64,000 nt of DNA, from positions 1 to 64,000 of IMG/VR virus record IMGVR_UViG_3300005326_000040; one strand, written 5' to 3'. Both the position numbers and the translations under genes were made by a program. The notes under the pieces were generated by a model. That model saw nothing but the letters and a program-made list of their open reading frames with translations. It had not been told where the DNA came from and made no database searches. This DNA comes from a virus (lineage: Duplodnaviria; Caudoviricetes). Each line of letters starts with the position of its first letter. The stretch's first letter is position 1. Positions 52,201 through 61,166 of the stretch are shown here, one piece after another.

Positions 52201-52959
52201 GCTAAGGTTTCTTCCAAAGCCTACGCCGAATATGTTAAGCTCCAAAAACGGCTTAGAGAAGAAAGAGAAGTTAATCCAAATACTCCGGTAAATCCAATTC
52301 TTGGTAAAGAGTTCAATGTTGTTGATTATGTTGACTTGAAGGGCATAAAAGAACCAAAACAATACGACTTGATTCCAGCTGAATTGAAGCAGTCTTTGAA
52401 AGCAAAAGTTGAGCGAGAAGTATCTTTGGAGCAACTCAGAAAGAATTCTGAGAAGGCGAAAGAAGCCGAAGAGACTTATATCCAGACCATTCAAAAATTG
52501 CTTCGTCGTTTCCCGAGGACTCGCATGGGATTGGATAAACTACTTAGTGCCCCTCCATTTGGAGTTGCTCCGAAGTTTGAAATTATTCCAGCTGATAGGC
52601 GGCGCGTCATTGAGACAGAGCTTCGAGGTAAAGAAATTGCTGAACGTGAAGAAGCGCTAAAGCAAGTGAAGGCACCAAAGAAGAAGAACCTAGACCTATT
52701 GGAAAAGGATGTTATACCTATGACTGGTGAACAAGCCGCGCCAATACAAGAACAGGGTGAAAATATTGACCCAGAACAACTTGTAACTAATATCGAAGAA
52801 AAGGCCGACGCACATGATGAAGATATTAGCTCTGAGCTTAGTGGTGCGGCAGACGTAGAAACACAAGAACAATCTGCTCCGGTATCTTCTGAGAAGCCAA
52901 AGACCCCTAAATCTAGGGCCAAGGCTACCAATAAACCAAAGAGCAAAGCTAAGAAGTAA
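46222..52959 (+). CDS. Giant (2245 aa) charged, largely helical protein of unknown function; candidate virion/ejected protein
   Basis: Uninterrupted 6.7-kb ORF ending at a terminator; no catalytic motif recognised. Confidence 0.85.
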   Translation: MEFNKSVENILTVARSYSTLVKIASEQSRQVFSVVDSILDIPYDAAARIHSRLSSFAQYGGGNRLYGILDTVPPTGAELLPMEDQPFTVIDSFAKKHPITHEEGDDRFKLVLYDDGIQYPMVLVSSSEGTEIRYLDTSFFDLEDFYEKTKKKAEEDLPAAIAQINRERKERNEDPDRPKNQPPEMPITTDEEKQEVFDEVHAALISDKVVGNMSSDFDAPNGSLGQVSAEAVGKLRAVMPEGESNVTKIDYARYFKYPEDANVFAQIMAIKDVTKRLAEAEQFLQKVGMVETEEELTLAPAWKFVELYNIINPNSPYYWLERARSYAERATKVCTLYNKIYTSLIVNPLRVKLVDAQKVDGKIVSANVLISDEKLALIERALPSAEEDLETKMFTYVPDTEHSYTSTVESPILAKEVRKLKSSIYFTKAMLSEVHSEKPDKYAIAKVEGGWKINSDMTQYIEHIFTYADVDFNLTFEAIVKDQGDSFWKMFDEYVTTYESLMNDAIADGVKVNVTNRDKLYTKRGHEQLDKEKAAYDQFGRLLQKQHIVRRDDKAWDFPSNDEVNPEIVLDSNEIQSEIEPAQTSQKVKLLSRALLEKIFIGFGDSDESRKSLEDIGEAIDNAKVFSSDVSMDITVGKLNVVTKNMHKILREYSVNRLREIFIDPEANKDEVERISAITESGKDMAGFFLGKDTVKNVLALESKVDSLENKKQEIETYDPEAQQQENQEKLVKVQGEIAKLDAELEADSKAHMLSNEEKMAIKKRTQYLKSVVKKLNSAPSLPTIKDVENQLVSAQKKLDDYLSAVEAEIPSKIATHVYFQLKEKVMELGYLTTWSDTVRRETRQKIVEAISEIFAKQPELAKQIVRECLDNKTHGYKFSEAKVNKFFIEPLKAKYPNLKKAWSGQISEEDQELYRQNQEVLGKIIFMTDVSGQEDTDDTDDLGNALSPAQLTEEMTQELVANTAQNLHAFDSILINYIRYFAKGQKYNQAITTLHNSKANFRNPQEFLEQYEAITENFVIYVASAIERNLRQSTEFNERIKEQSPRIWAYMYPDKQAQEEEPELPDEMKEMYLVEKENNQKKVWSYIRTRIEELVAIYNQTLEGYDDEDFTSANPARDLVKRLSVLKVRPKAIRSIVSKLRNNQRLPESKVIDVISEALSSQNAQPEVESNLELSRNIFTAMVETRSMLADSSGRYSLTITDNDIINPDAPANFAADKVLKGTGTTEGMLLNILEPITAVDPELLKRTVHTIGRARTISRPMDNTQEKLINSIIEEFVKFDKQLSNYRSAAIYKLYKEREDVEAQKGQHVFTPEEIKGEVLKMIADNGSTSILSSLLPNAGSNSLKDIMAAYAGERLDLISRFEEHANFMFSKRKREIKDEEGNVVSVEDVEPTFPLTDRFALVPTEGIIDKIYQVIPDKEGLIENGMTDIQIKKMIKRKLELLNLSNRLIERDESGKYKDTEYTTPPKYSNPGLKDPQYFEHISRPYMIKQKENMARLDTLFASEEKINCSMMVNIFYHLEAKYICPMGRKLADNNANDEAVVNAANKLFAHPSVRVYQKSIGESALQAYIVKRLEAIRNGESHSTEFVVNNITLVDAVVDSSIRLVASIRENEKQKRAQKGTQDFAEYEANAREVADTSFDDHDIDRAEDALNEQQSIIEQNQRIMDQPVDPAAIKDMVVYLISSRTNQSLNFAARSFLEEKKLQDKVESAKIFKTLPIVFDNKVSYIDVEAPPDPTKPDAKKRIIKEPVYDSPLYGTKGSPIVIRLAVKQLVVGGEDKGTPKGVPLEYLNYFNNASNANVNSWQDIQSQQEEKPNDVQQGLLEKYNPKGIQRLKQLSNMIGRQIWGTLNRNDYFYVRLVPFEYGGKVPSLEGPDVQDLEQSAPDDIVLYMKAYVQDALSAFTRNGKVYMDAVLTGTQLAQVKAAFKKAASMETMFLSTERKRRMLMEVQQEAGQKLVQEENEKAALKEEDEKLLQQAQEQFIGWYHMELAKVSSKAYAEYVKLQKRLREEREVNPNTPVNPILGKEFNVVDYVDLKGIKEPKQYDLIPAELKQSLKAKVEREVSLEQLRKNSEKAKEAEETYIQTIQKLLRRFPRTRMGLDKLLSAPPFGVAPKFEIIPADRRRVIETELRGKEIAEREEALKQVKAPKKKNLDLLEKDVIPMTGEQAAPIQEQGENIDPEQLVTNIEEKADAHDEDISSELSGAADVETQEQSAPVSSEKPKTPKSRAKATNKPKSKAKK

Positions 52960-52980
52960 CAGAAGCAGAATACAAGAAAC

Positions 52981-53015
52981 AAAAACGCCACCCTAATAAG
53001 GTGGCGTTTTCTTTT
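52981..53015. terminator. Bidirectional rho-independent terminator between convergent genes
   Basis: AAAAACGCCACC-CTAATAA-GGTGGCGTTTTCTTTT. Confidence 0.9.
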
Positions 53016-53034
53016 GTTTGTTTCTATGTTTGTC

Positions 53035-55230
53035 TTACTTTTTGATAATATCCATTGCCGCAGCAAACGAAGCCTGACTATCATCTAATGGTTGATTTCC
53101 GAAATATTGAACCTCTTCACCCTGAAGAAGAAACTCTTTAGCTGTTTCAGGCCACTTTTCTGTTACGGGCCACAGGTCTTCATATGCGGTAAGCATTAGC
53201 GCCGTAGCAATAACGTTTTCTAAATCAGCAGCTTTACGAGGAACGGTAATGTTCCCTGAAGCCTTATCTAATCGGAAGATGCCGAACCAATAAAAGTCTG
53301 TTGGACCAATAGCCTCGACTGTTTCTTTATCTTCTGCAATAAGCGCGTTTTTGAATTTAGGATTTTCTTCAAATCTCTTGTATGCTACTTGATCGATAAT
53401 GTGAACAGTCACAACCATTATATCTAAAGAGTTTGGGTCTAAGAGAACAGTTACGGTATTGGTGTCAATTGGTTTGTCCGTCGCTGGTTCACCAAAAGAA
53501 ATGCCGGTATTTCTTGCTGCGGCGAGTTCATACTGAATTCTCTTTATATCTTCTTGCGTATAGCCTGTGTCAGCTTCTTCTTTTTCAAGAATTGATTTCA
53601 ATGATTGCCTGTCTGCATCAGTCATACAGGCTGAATCCATGTTTGGCACAAAGTACTTGTAGTCTGTTTGGTTGACTATATCGCTATTGGCGATTTTGGT
53701 TCGGATAAATAGGTTGTTGTATTTCTTTAGCGCATCAAAATACAGATAATAAAGTGACTTCCATTCGGCAGATCCCTTTGCTAGAATACGGTTTTTCGAA
53801 GCGATAACATCCATGATTGCTTCGGCTTTTACTTTAGGCTCCAGTTCTAACCACATAGTATACAATTCATTTTGAGCAACACCGTTTTGAACTTCTTCGT
53901 TCATCATTTCTTGAATTGATTGTTTTGTTGTGTCGGTGTTCTTTGCGTTTCTGAAATAGTTGATAATAGTTGTTGCATATTCTCTACTGTTGCTGATGAT
54001 GTTGAGCACGTCTTCTGGTGTCGCAACAAGAGCAGGTACAACTTTGATTCCTTCTGCGCTTTCACCGCTTTCTTTCGCAACAGCAACTTCTCTGGAGTAA
54101 GATTTGTACGCGTTGTAATATATCCAAACTATTTTGGTAATAACTCGCTGAATGAAAAGGGCGAGAATAAGCTCATAATGCTTCTTTAGTTTTGGTATTT
54201 CGCTTTTTGCAATTTTAGGATCTATATCTAGAATGTTATAAATAGCGTAAATATGGCTCATTAGGGTTTTTTCATAACCATAAACTTTGCCATCTTGATT
54301 TCTAGGAACAACTACCAAGCGTTCATCATCATACTCGTCATACGCTCCACTATCAAGTTCTGTCATCAAGTCCATAAATCGGTCTGGATCTTGGTGCTGT
54401 GTTGCAGATGTGAAGTTATTAAGAAGTAGACTTTGGATTTGTCTAAGTCTTTCTGTGGCAGGAGTGTCCTTTACATATTGCATTGCTTGGTCGGCAAGTT
54501 CTTTAAGAGCAGGAACTCCTTTTGTTCCACGTTCTTCTCGAATTAGTTGATAGATTGTACTAAAGTTATCATCGAAAAGCTTCCTGCTATTGTTAGAAGT
54601 GCCTTTGAATTTATTATGTTTTTCAGCAATTTCTCGCCTTCGAATTAGTTCGTCTTGATCTTGTCGTGTAAGAACCTTGTTAGGTGAACCGCCACCATGC
54701 TCTCGAATTATATTGTCTGCAAGAGGCCGGGAAGCAGCCATAAATGTTGGTCCGTTTCGATATTTGCCGCCGCCCATGCCGCCAAGAATTTCACGAGCCA
54801 TTGTTAGAACACGTTCTTTTTGTTCTTCGCTAAGCTGTTCTCCAACTGTATCTCCGGCTCTGTTCTCGGGAATAAACTTGCTTGTATCTGTCGCTGCTTG
54901 TTCAGGAACGTTTGTTTCTGGTGGAACTATAGGCGGAGGAGCATTGCGACTAATCTCAGGCTTTTTGTTTTTCTTTTGCTTGATTGGAACGTCCAAAGTA
55001 ATGTCTGGTTCTGTGATGCCAGGAATAGATGGAGGCTGATTTGGGTCTATGTCTGTTACTCCTGGTATACTAGGCGCTTGCTCTGAGCTTTCACCATCAG
55101 TTACTCCAGGAATACTAGGAGCTTCTTCTTTTTGATCAGCTTGTTTGTGCATTAAATCTAAGTTTGTTGACGCATCTACGCTTAAGCTGTCAAGAAACTT
55201 TACTGCGATAGCAAATTTGTCATCCTTCAT
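53035..55230 (-). CDS. Large hypothetical protein (731 aa) with N-terminal PSIPG repeats
   Basis: ORF track; APSIPGVTD x2 and PPSIPGITE. Confidence 0.8.
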   Translation of the reverse strand: MKDDKFAIAVKFLDSLSVDASTNLDLMHKQADQKEEAPSIPGVTDGESSEQAPSIPGVTDIDPNQPPSIPGITEPDITLDVPIKQKKNKKPEISRNAPPPIVPPETNVPEQAATDTSKFIPENRAGDTVGEQLSEEQKERVLTMAREILGGMGGGKYRNGPTFMAASRPLADNIIREHGGGSPNKVLTRQDQDELIRRREIAEKHNKFKGTSNNSRKLFDDNFSTIYQLIREERGTKGVPALKELADQAMQYVKDTPATERLRQIQSLLLNNFTSATQHQDPDRFMDLMTELDSGAYDEYDDERLVVVPRNQDGKVYGYEKTLMSHIYAIYNILDIDPKIAKSEIPKLKKHYELILALFIQRVITKIVWIYYNAYKSYSREVAVAKESGESAEGIKVVPALVATPEDVLNIISNSREYATTIINYFRNAKNTDTTKQSIQEMMNEEVQNGVAQNELYTMWLELEPKVKAEAIMDVIASKNRILAKGSAEWKSLYYLYFDALKKYNNLFIRTKIANSDIVNQTDYKYFVPNMDSACMTDADRQSLKSILEKEEADTGYTQEDIKRIQYELAAARNTGISFGEPATDKPIDTNTVTVLLDPNSLDIMVVTVHIIDQVAYKRFEENPKFKNALIAEDKETVEAIGPTDFYWFGIFRLDKASGNITVPRKAADLENVIATALMLTAYEDLWPVTEKWPETAKEFLLQGEEVQYFGNQPLDDSQASFAAAMDIIKK

Positions 55231-55250
55231 TATCTTTGCTCCGGGTTGCT

Positions 55251-57689
55251 TTATTTTGAATCCTGGGTCGATTTCTTCAAACGTTCTGCGATTAAGGCTT
55301 TTCGTCGAATAAGAGCTTTTTCTCTAAGGTCTTTTAGTATACTCTTTTGTGCTAAATTGAAACCTTCGATAATGGCATCACTGGCATCAGCCCCTACAAG
55401 ATATTCATCGCGGATATGTTCTATGGTTTGATGAAGAATATCGTCTTTTTCATCCTCATCCATATCATCTTCATATAACATGGCAGCAATAGAAGTTGTG
55501 AATTCTTTTATTTCTTCTGCTACATCTTGAACTATCTTACCTTCGATAACATTGCCTTTTTCATCGGTTCCAAGGGTTCCGTCATGAATGCCTTTTTCTA
55601 ATGCTTCAAAGAACCCAGGAACATCGATTGTTCTTTGAACTCGTCGTTTCTTTGCCTCGGGAGTTGTTTCCGGAATGGGAGGAGCAGCCTTTGGTTTATC
55701 AGAGACCTCAGGTTGCTTTATAGGCTCATCCGTTGGCGTCTTTGGAATAGGAGGAGCTTCTGTTTCAGTACTTGGAATAGGTGGTGCCTTTGTGTCCGTA
55801 TCTGGAATAGGCGGAGCAGTTTGTTCCGATGTGTCCGGAATAGGAGGAGCATCCTTATCAGGTTTTGGTTCTCTTACCTTCTTGGGCTCTGTGCTGTCAG
55901 TCTTTTTGCTTGGTTTTTTAGTACTTAAAATATTAACCATAGAGAATAGATTTTCTATGTTCTCAAAACCAAATTTCTTTTTCCAAATTTCTTTTTGGTT
56001 GTCGTCTGTTAAAGCATTGTACTGGTTTACTAGCTCTTTGCATTTGGCTAGAATTTTTACGAATTTATTTTCGCCGACCAAATCTCCGCTTCTCCTAAGA
56101 GTTCGTTTGAAGCTTTTAATTTCAGCCTCATTGTAATCATGATACTTCTTAGTGATAAATTCAAAAATTTCAGCGTCTTTAATATCAGATTGCATATTGC
56201 TGTTAGCAACAATAACAATAACAGCAGTTACATATCTGCCAAGAAAAACATTATACCACGACCCTTTAGTAACTTCAGAATAGCCAAATAGTTCTGCTGA
56301 TCTTTCATAGAGTTTAGAGCAACTTTCAATAGAAGCCATGAAAGGCTCTATAAGTTCCATAAGTCCGCTTGTGGTCTGCGCTCGATCTTTGTAGTTTATT
56401 TTTGTTCCGTCAGGAAGCGAAATATTTTGCTGTAGTAAGGCAGCTAAGAACTCTTTTATTTCATCTTTAGATTTGTTGTACCAAACAACAAATGTTTCAA
56501 ATGCGTCTTTTTTAGAAAGACCAAGCTCTAGTTCTCCTGTTAATGAAACGATTAGTTCGTCGAATTCATGTATGTCTATTCTAATTTTTTCTGGTTCAAT
56601 TTGGCGTATGTTGCCGTCAGAGTTCTTAGAAGTTAATTTGACGATTTTGTTCATAAAAGCAACGGCGAGATCAGCTTTATACACGTCAGGAGTAATAGTT
56701 GGATTCTGTTTTCCTACTTCGCTTACAATTTCTCCTTGTTCATTAATTGCGCTTATATTTCCATCTAGAATAACTTTGAGTTTATTGTACAGAGCCAGTA
56801 ATGTTCGGCCCTGATGAATATTCTTTTCAGCTGCAAGTGTGCCGTTATGAAGCCTTGTAATAATTGTCCTGAGAAAATCGTCTTCTTTTGGCTCCATTTT
56901 GTCTGATGGATTATTTTTGCTTGGTTCTGTTACTTTCTTAGGTCTCTTGGCGCTTGCTCTGTTTAATTGTTTCCATGCCGATTGAAGAATTTTAGCAGCT
57001 TCAATTACATCCTTAGCGTTTTCAACATCAGCAATATATGTCTTGTGTTCGTCAACAAATCGTGATATGTCATTTAAACTCTCATCAGATGTTACGTTGC
57101 TTATTCCTTTATTAGTTCTTCCGCGCTGATTTAGCTCGCTGCTAAAAAAGTTAGCTAGAATCTGAATAAAATCTGTTATGTCTTTCTTGCTAATGTTGGA
57201 CTGTCCAATTTGATTTCGAAGTTTAAAGTTTGCTTTTTGGAAATCTGATGCCTTTGGCGCTTCCTCTCGCGGAACACCCATTGGTTTCTTTTCTGCGGGC
57301 TCAGCTTTCGGCTTGGTTGATTTGTCTTTTTCAGGAGGAAGCGGACTTGTCATGCCTGGAATATCAGGAGCTTTTTCCGGTTCTTTATCTTCAACCTTTT
57401 CTTCAGTCTGTGTTTCAGGAACAGGCGGAGCAGCTTCAGGACTCTGAGTTTGTTCAGAGGTTTCGGGAATAGGCGGAGCTACTGTCTCTGCCACAGGTTG
57501 TTCTGAAGTGGGTTCTGCCACTGGCGCAGTATCAACAGTATCTCCCGTTAGAGTGTATTTATTTTTGTTCTTATTTCTTAGTCCACCAAGCGCATAGATG
57601 CTTTCATCAATTTTATTAACAGCTTGAAGCGCGCTCGCTTGGGAAAGTCTGATGATATTGTCATAGAAGGTTTTTTGTAGCTTCTTCAT
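55251..57689 (-). CDS. Large hypothetical protein with APPIP repeat tracts
   Basis: ORF track 55251-57833; ATG at 57689 (MKKLQK) avoids the long overlap with the upstream gene. Confidence 0.8.
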   Translation of the reverse strand: MKKLQKTFYDNIIRLSQASALQAVNKIDESIYALGGLRNKNKNKYTLTGDTVDTAPVAEPTSEQPVAETVAPPIPETSEQTQSPEAAPPVPETQTEEKVEDKEPEKAPDIPGMTSPLPPEKDKSTKPKAEPAEKKPMGVPREEAPKASDFQKANFKLRNQIGQSNISKKDITDFIQILANFFSSELNQRGRTNKGISNVTSDESLNDISRFVDEHKTYIADVENAKDVIEAAKILQSAWKQLNRASAKRPKKVTEPSKNNPSDKMEPKEDDFLRTIITRLHNGTLAAEKNIHQGRTLLALYNKLKVILDGNISAINEQGEIVSEVGKQNPTITPDVYKADLAVAFMNKIVKLTSKNSDGNIRQIEPEKIRIDIHEFDELIVSLTGELELGLSKKDAFETFVVWYNKSKDEIKEFLAALLQQNISLPDGTKINYKDRAQTTSGLMELIEPFMASIESCSKLYERSAELFGYSEVTKGSWYNVFLGRYVTAVIVIVANSNMQSDIKDAEIFEFITKKYHDYNEAEIKSFKRTLRRSGDLVGENKFVKILAKCKELVNQYNALTDDNQKEIWKKKFGFENIENLFSMVNILSTKKPSKKTDSTEPKKVREPKPDKDAPPIPDTSEQTAPPIPDTDTKAPPIPSTETEAPPIPKTPTDEPIKQPEVSDKPKAAPPIPETTPEAKKRRVQRTIDVPGFFEALEKGIHDGTLGTDEKGNVIEGKIVQDVAEEIKEFTTSIAAMLYEDDMDEDEKDDILHQTIEHIRDEYLVGADASDAIIEGFNLAQKSILKDLREKALIRRKALIAERLKKSTQDSK

Positions 57690-57708
57690 GTTATAACCGC
57701 CTAAAGTC

Positions 57709-60060
57709 CTATTTCGCTGAGTTCCGGAGTAGTTGTAGAGCCTGTTTGTATGCCAACTTATTGAGCGCATGTTTGACAGCGCTTGCAGTTTTTTCTGTGT
57801 TTTGTTCTTCCTGCTTCGGCATAACGTCATCAATCAGCTGATTGTATTTTTGTTTCAATTGTACAGGGTCAGCACCCATTTTATCCGCTTCAATAAGTTC
57901 TTCGAGAACAAGCTCTCTGTGATCCCTCAATATTGTTTTGTAATTAAGCTCTTCTTTGTTTTTTGTTTCTGATCTGAGCGCGCTAACAACTTTGTTTATA
58001 GCAGTGTTCAATCTGAAAATTCCATTGCTTTCATATGTAATATCTGCAATCTGTTTTACATCGTCAACGGAATCTAGCTTGGAAACTGTTACTTCACCGT
58101 TTTCATTTTCTACAATTGTTGCTATAACAAGTGAGCCGTTAATAAATGCTGTTGGGCCGCTCTGTTCACGTATAGTCATTTCTACAGTGCCGCCTGTTGG
58201 ATTTAGCTTGGTTATGGTTACAAAACGCTTGGTTGCTTTTGCAGCTTTTTCTTTGTCCTTTATAGGAACGTCTTCTTGCCAAGTCCAAAAGTGAGAATTT
58301 ATTTGCGCGCCTTTGGCTTTTGTTTCTTGATAAACTTGTTTTGCTATTTCCTCAAGCTTCGGACCTTGTTTCAAAGCCATGTCAACCTTGATGTCTTTGA
58401 TGAGGGCACTGTCCTTACTAAGAACTTCATCCGTGACAAAACGCTTGTCAGGAACAACAGTCTTTTCTTTCTTAGCTTTTTCTTCGCTGAATTTCTGCCT
58501 TGCTTTCCATTCTTTCACTAGCTGCCCTCGAATTTGGCCTTCATGTTCGTCAATATATTTTCTCAATTCTGTTTCAATGGCGCCAAGAACCTTGAACATA
58601 TTAGGCCGATACAAAGGTGACTCTCTAACAGCAAGGTCAGATTTTGGTAAGTGTTTTAGATCGGTTGGTAAGAATCTGTTGAGCACTCGTTTGGATTCTT
58701 CTTCTAGAACTTCTTGCATACGTTCAGAAAATTTGGATGGCGCAGGTAAGGCATGCTCTTCAATTACAATATCGCGAATCGAAATGCCGTCATTTGCATT
58801 GTCATAGTCGAGCAGAATTTCTCTGGCTCGGCGTTCAATATTTTTGTCGTTTCTTGCCAAGGGCAGTTTCTCAAGCATGTTTGAGAATTTCTTCTCTTGT
58901 ACCTCTGGCGAAACATCTCCTCGACCCCATAGGTTCATAGTCTCATAATCAGGTTCGATAATCATTGATTTGACCCAGCTGAGATATGTGTCTTGATTCG
59001 GCACCTGAAAATCAACTCTTGTTCGCTTGAACTTAGCTGTTCGAAAGAAATACATAACAGCAGTGCGTGCTATATCTGGAAGAATAGACTCATAAAATTG
59101 ATTGGCAATTTCCCGATAGGCAGCTACCCATCCTTTTTTGACAGCAAAATGTTGGCGTCCTTGATCGTCTATCTCATAAATAGTGATATCATCGTTATCT
59201 AGTACTTCGAATTGCGCGCGAGTAACAGTTTCATTATATTGTCTTTGTCTTCTTCTCTCTTGCTGCTCTTGTCTTATATCCAAGATGTTATCATCATAAT
59301 CAGTTATAGCTTCGTTGAGGTTTTCATCTGTCTCATAGTTTCTTGGCGGATAATTTAACGTTGTCTTTGTCTTTGTGCGCGGCTGATTATCATACAAAAA
59401 GTCAAGCACTTGTTCTGCAAGAGCAAAATCTTGTTTTGTATTAAATTCTTTTGAAATCTGAGGCAGTAAGGCTTTAATTTCTTCAACAATGTCTTCTGAT
59501 AAATTTCTACACAATTCAACAGTATTTTCTGAGTCGAAACCATATAGTTGGTAAATGATATTGGAAACTTCTAGCATCCAACTATCAGCTTCTGCGCCCT
59601 CTGGTGAGACTTCGGGCTCTGCCAACTCTTGTGGCTCTTCTGCTGCTGGTTCCTCTACTGTTGGCTGAGAACTCATTGCTTTGTTGAAATTGGCAACAGC
59701 ATCAACGGCATCGCTGCTCATCTTTTTGTTGTACAATTCCTCATCAATCAAGCCTTCTTCTAATTCTTTATTTAGTTTGTTGATAACTTTTTCCAGTTGA
59801 ATTCTTAACGCTTCGGGCTTGTCCTTGGTTTTAGCAACAAAATAAGCTCTTAAATTTTCTGGGAGAACATCATACATTAGACTGTGGATTTCTTCCCAGT
59901 TCCAACGCATTTCTTGTTTTGATATTTCTACTTCTTCAGTAGCGTTTTTAATAAATACGGAACTTGCCTCTTTGTTCATGCCATACTTCGAAAGAACTCG
60001 AATCACAGAAGCTGAATGATAATTACGCATGTTTTCCTTCAAACTATTCGGTACAAACAT
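57709..60060 (-). CDS. Large acidic hypothetical protein (~780 aa)
   Basis: ORF track; likely start is ATG 60030 after GAAGGA. Confidence 0.8.
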   Translation of the reverse strand: MFVPNSLKENMRNYHSASVIRVLSKYGMNKEASSVFIKNATEEVEISKQEMRWNWEEIHSLMYDVLPENLRAYFVAKTKDKPEALRIQLEKVINKLNKELEEGLIDEELYNKKMSSDAVDAVANFNKAMSSQPTVEEPAAEEPQELAEPEVSPEGAEADSWMLEVSNIIYQLYGFDSENTVELCRNLSEDIVEEIKALLPQISKEFNTKQDFALAEQVLDFLYDNQPRTKTKTTLNYPPRNYETDENLNEAITDYDDNILDIRQEQQERRRQRQYNETVTRAQFEVLDNDDITIYEIDDQGRQHFAVKKGWVAAYREIANQFYESILPDIARTAVMYFFRTAKFKRTRVDFQVPNQDTYLSWVKSMIIEPDYETMNLWGRGDVSPEVQEKKFSNMLEKLPLARNDKNIERRAREILLDYDNANDGISIRDIVIEEHALPAPSKFSERMQEVLEEESKRVLNRFLPTDLKHLPKSDLAVRESPLYRPNMFKVLGAIETELRKYIDEHEGQIRGQLVKEWKARQKFSEEKAKKEKTVVPDKRFVTDEVLSKDSALIKDIKVDMALKQGPKLEEIAKQVYQETKAKGAQINSHFWTWQEDVPIKDKEKAAKATKRFVTITKLNPTGGTVEMTIREQSGPTAFINGSLVIATIVENENGEVTVSKLDSVDDVKQIADITYESNGIFRLNTAINKVVSALRSETKNKEELNYKTILRDHRELVLEELIEADKMGADPVQLKQKYNQLIDDVMPKQEEQNTEKTASAVKHALNKLAYKQALQLLRNSAK

Positions 60061-60146
60061 ATATCAAAGTATTATCAGCCTAACAAGTCTTTTGCTGGCT
60101 GAAATGCTATTGTGAAAATTATAAGTAAGAACTGGCCGGAAATTGG

Positions 60147-60395
60147 TTATTCGTCGTCTGTCTCAGTCTCAGTAATTGTTTTTTCAATTACTGTGGCTTC
60201 GATAGTTCCAGTTCTTAGTGGAACCTTGGCAACCTCAATAACACAATTGGAAAATGCGTCACTTGCCCCGATGGACCATGTAACCTTTTGAACAAGACCA
60301 ATCACGTTGCCTTCACTGTCGTATATCTTTGTGCCGATACTTGTTCCGTCGCTGTTTATATACAATCGTGTTTTTTCCATTTTAACTCCTACCAC
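60147..60395 (-). CDS. Small beta-rich hypothetical protein
   Basis: ORF track. Confidence 0.55.
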   Translation of the reverse strand: MVGVKMEKTRLYINSDGTSIGTKIYDSEGNVIGLVQKVTWSIGASDAFSNCVIEVAKVPLRTGTIEATVIEKTITETETDDE

Positions 60396-61159
60396 GCTCT
60401 GAAATTGCGAGTATTAACATACGCGCGGCTGTGCTCTTTAAACCAAGTAGAATCATTCATTTGATGCCATAATACAGAAGGATTCATAATTAAGAATTTA
60501 TAATCAAGCTTGTTACATACTCTTTCCATAAGCAAATCTGGCGGACAATGCTTTCGTTGTATAGCGTTCATCCCAATTATAGCTTTATAAAAATGTTTTG
60601 AAATCTGGCTCGCAGATTCTGCTCGCATTATATGTCCTTGAGCGCCTAACACTTGCCCAGGTTGCACTTCATGCAATGAGAAGTTTTCAATCGCAACGCC
60701 TACGGGACGAGTATAGTAATCCCAATATTGAGGAAAAAATATATCGTGAAGACTAAGTACAATAGGCTTATTTATTGTAGATTCTGCCGCGCAGAGTAGA
60801 TTAATGGATTTTTTTAACCAGTTTCTGGTAAAAAGAACATCATCCTCTAACTCAACAACAATCTCACTTCGTGCCGATGCCCACTCCAATGTGCGCGCTA
60901 TATTATTAACGCCGGTATATTTTACTTTGTCGATTTCGTCATAAATGGCAAGCTCATCTTCGGTGCGAACAGTTAACCCAACCTCAGGTAAAACATTAGC
61001 CTCAAAACCATCAGAAAAAACCCTTATATCACTAGGATTTACTAGACTGTCAGCCGCAATACAGGCTTTTAATGTAATGGGAAGAGGGTCAGGAACCCTT
61101 GGATATGTAATAATTCCAATTGAAATTTTACAGTTGCATGATTGGTCAAAGGTAGCCAT
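60389..61159 (-). CDS. GT-A fold glycosyltransferase-like protein
   Basis: ISIGIITYPR N-terminal strand, VVELEDDVLF acidic motif, NPSVLWHQ late His motif. Confidence 0.65.
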   Translation of the reverse strand: MATFDQSCNCKISIGIITYPRVPDPLPITLKACIAADSLVNPSDIRVFSDGFEANVLPEVGLTVRTEDELAIYDEIDKVKYTGVNNIARTLEWASARSEIVVELEDDVLFTRNWLKKSINLLCAAESTINKPIVLSLHDIFFPQYWDYYTRPVGVAIENFSLHEVQPGQVLGAQGHIMRAESASQISKHFYKAIIGMNAIQRKHCPPDLLMERVCNKLDYKFLIMNPSVLWHQMNDSTWFKEHSRAYVNTRNFRAW

Positions 61160-61166
61160 AGAAGAT

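Noticed and set aside
46222-60060. Phage RNA polymerase subunits or tape-measure protein among the giant ORFs
   Set aside because: No DxDGD/NADFDGD or other polymerase motif seen, no regular Trp/Phe periodicity or TM cluster, and no tail-gene context.
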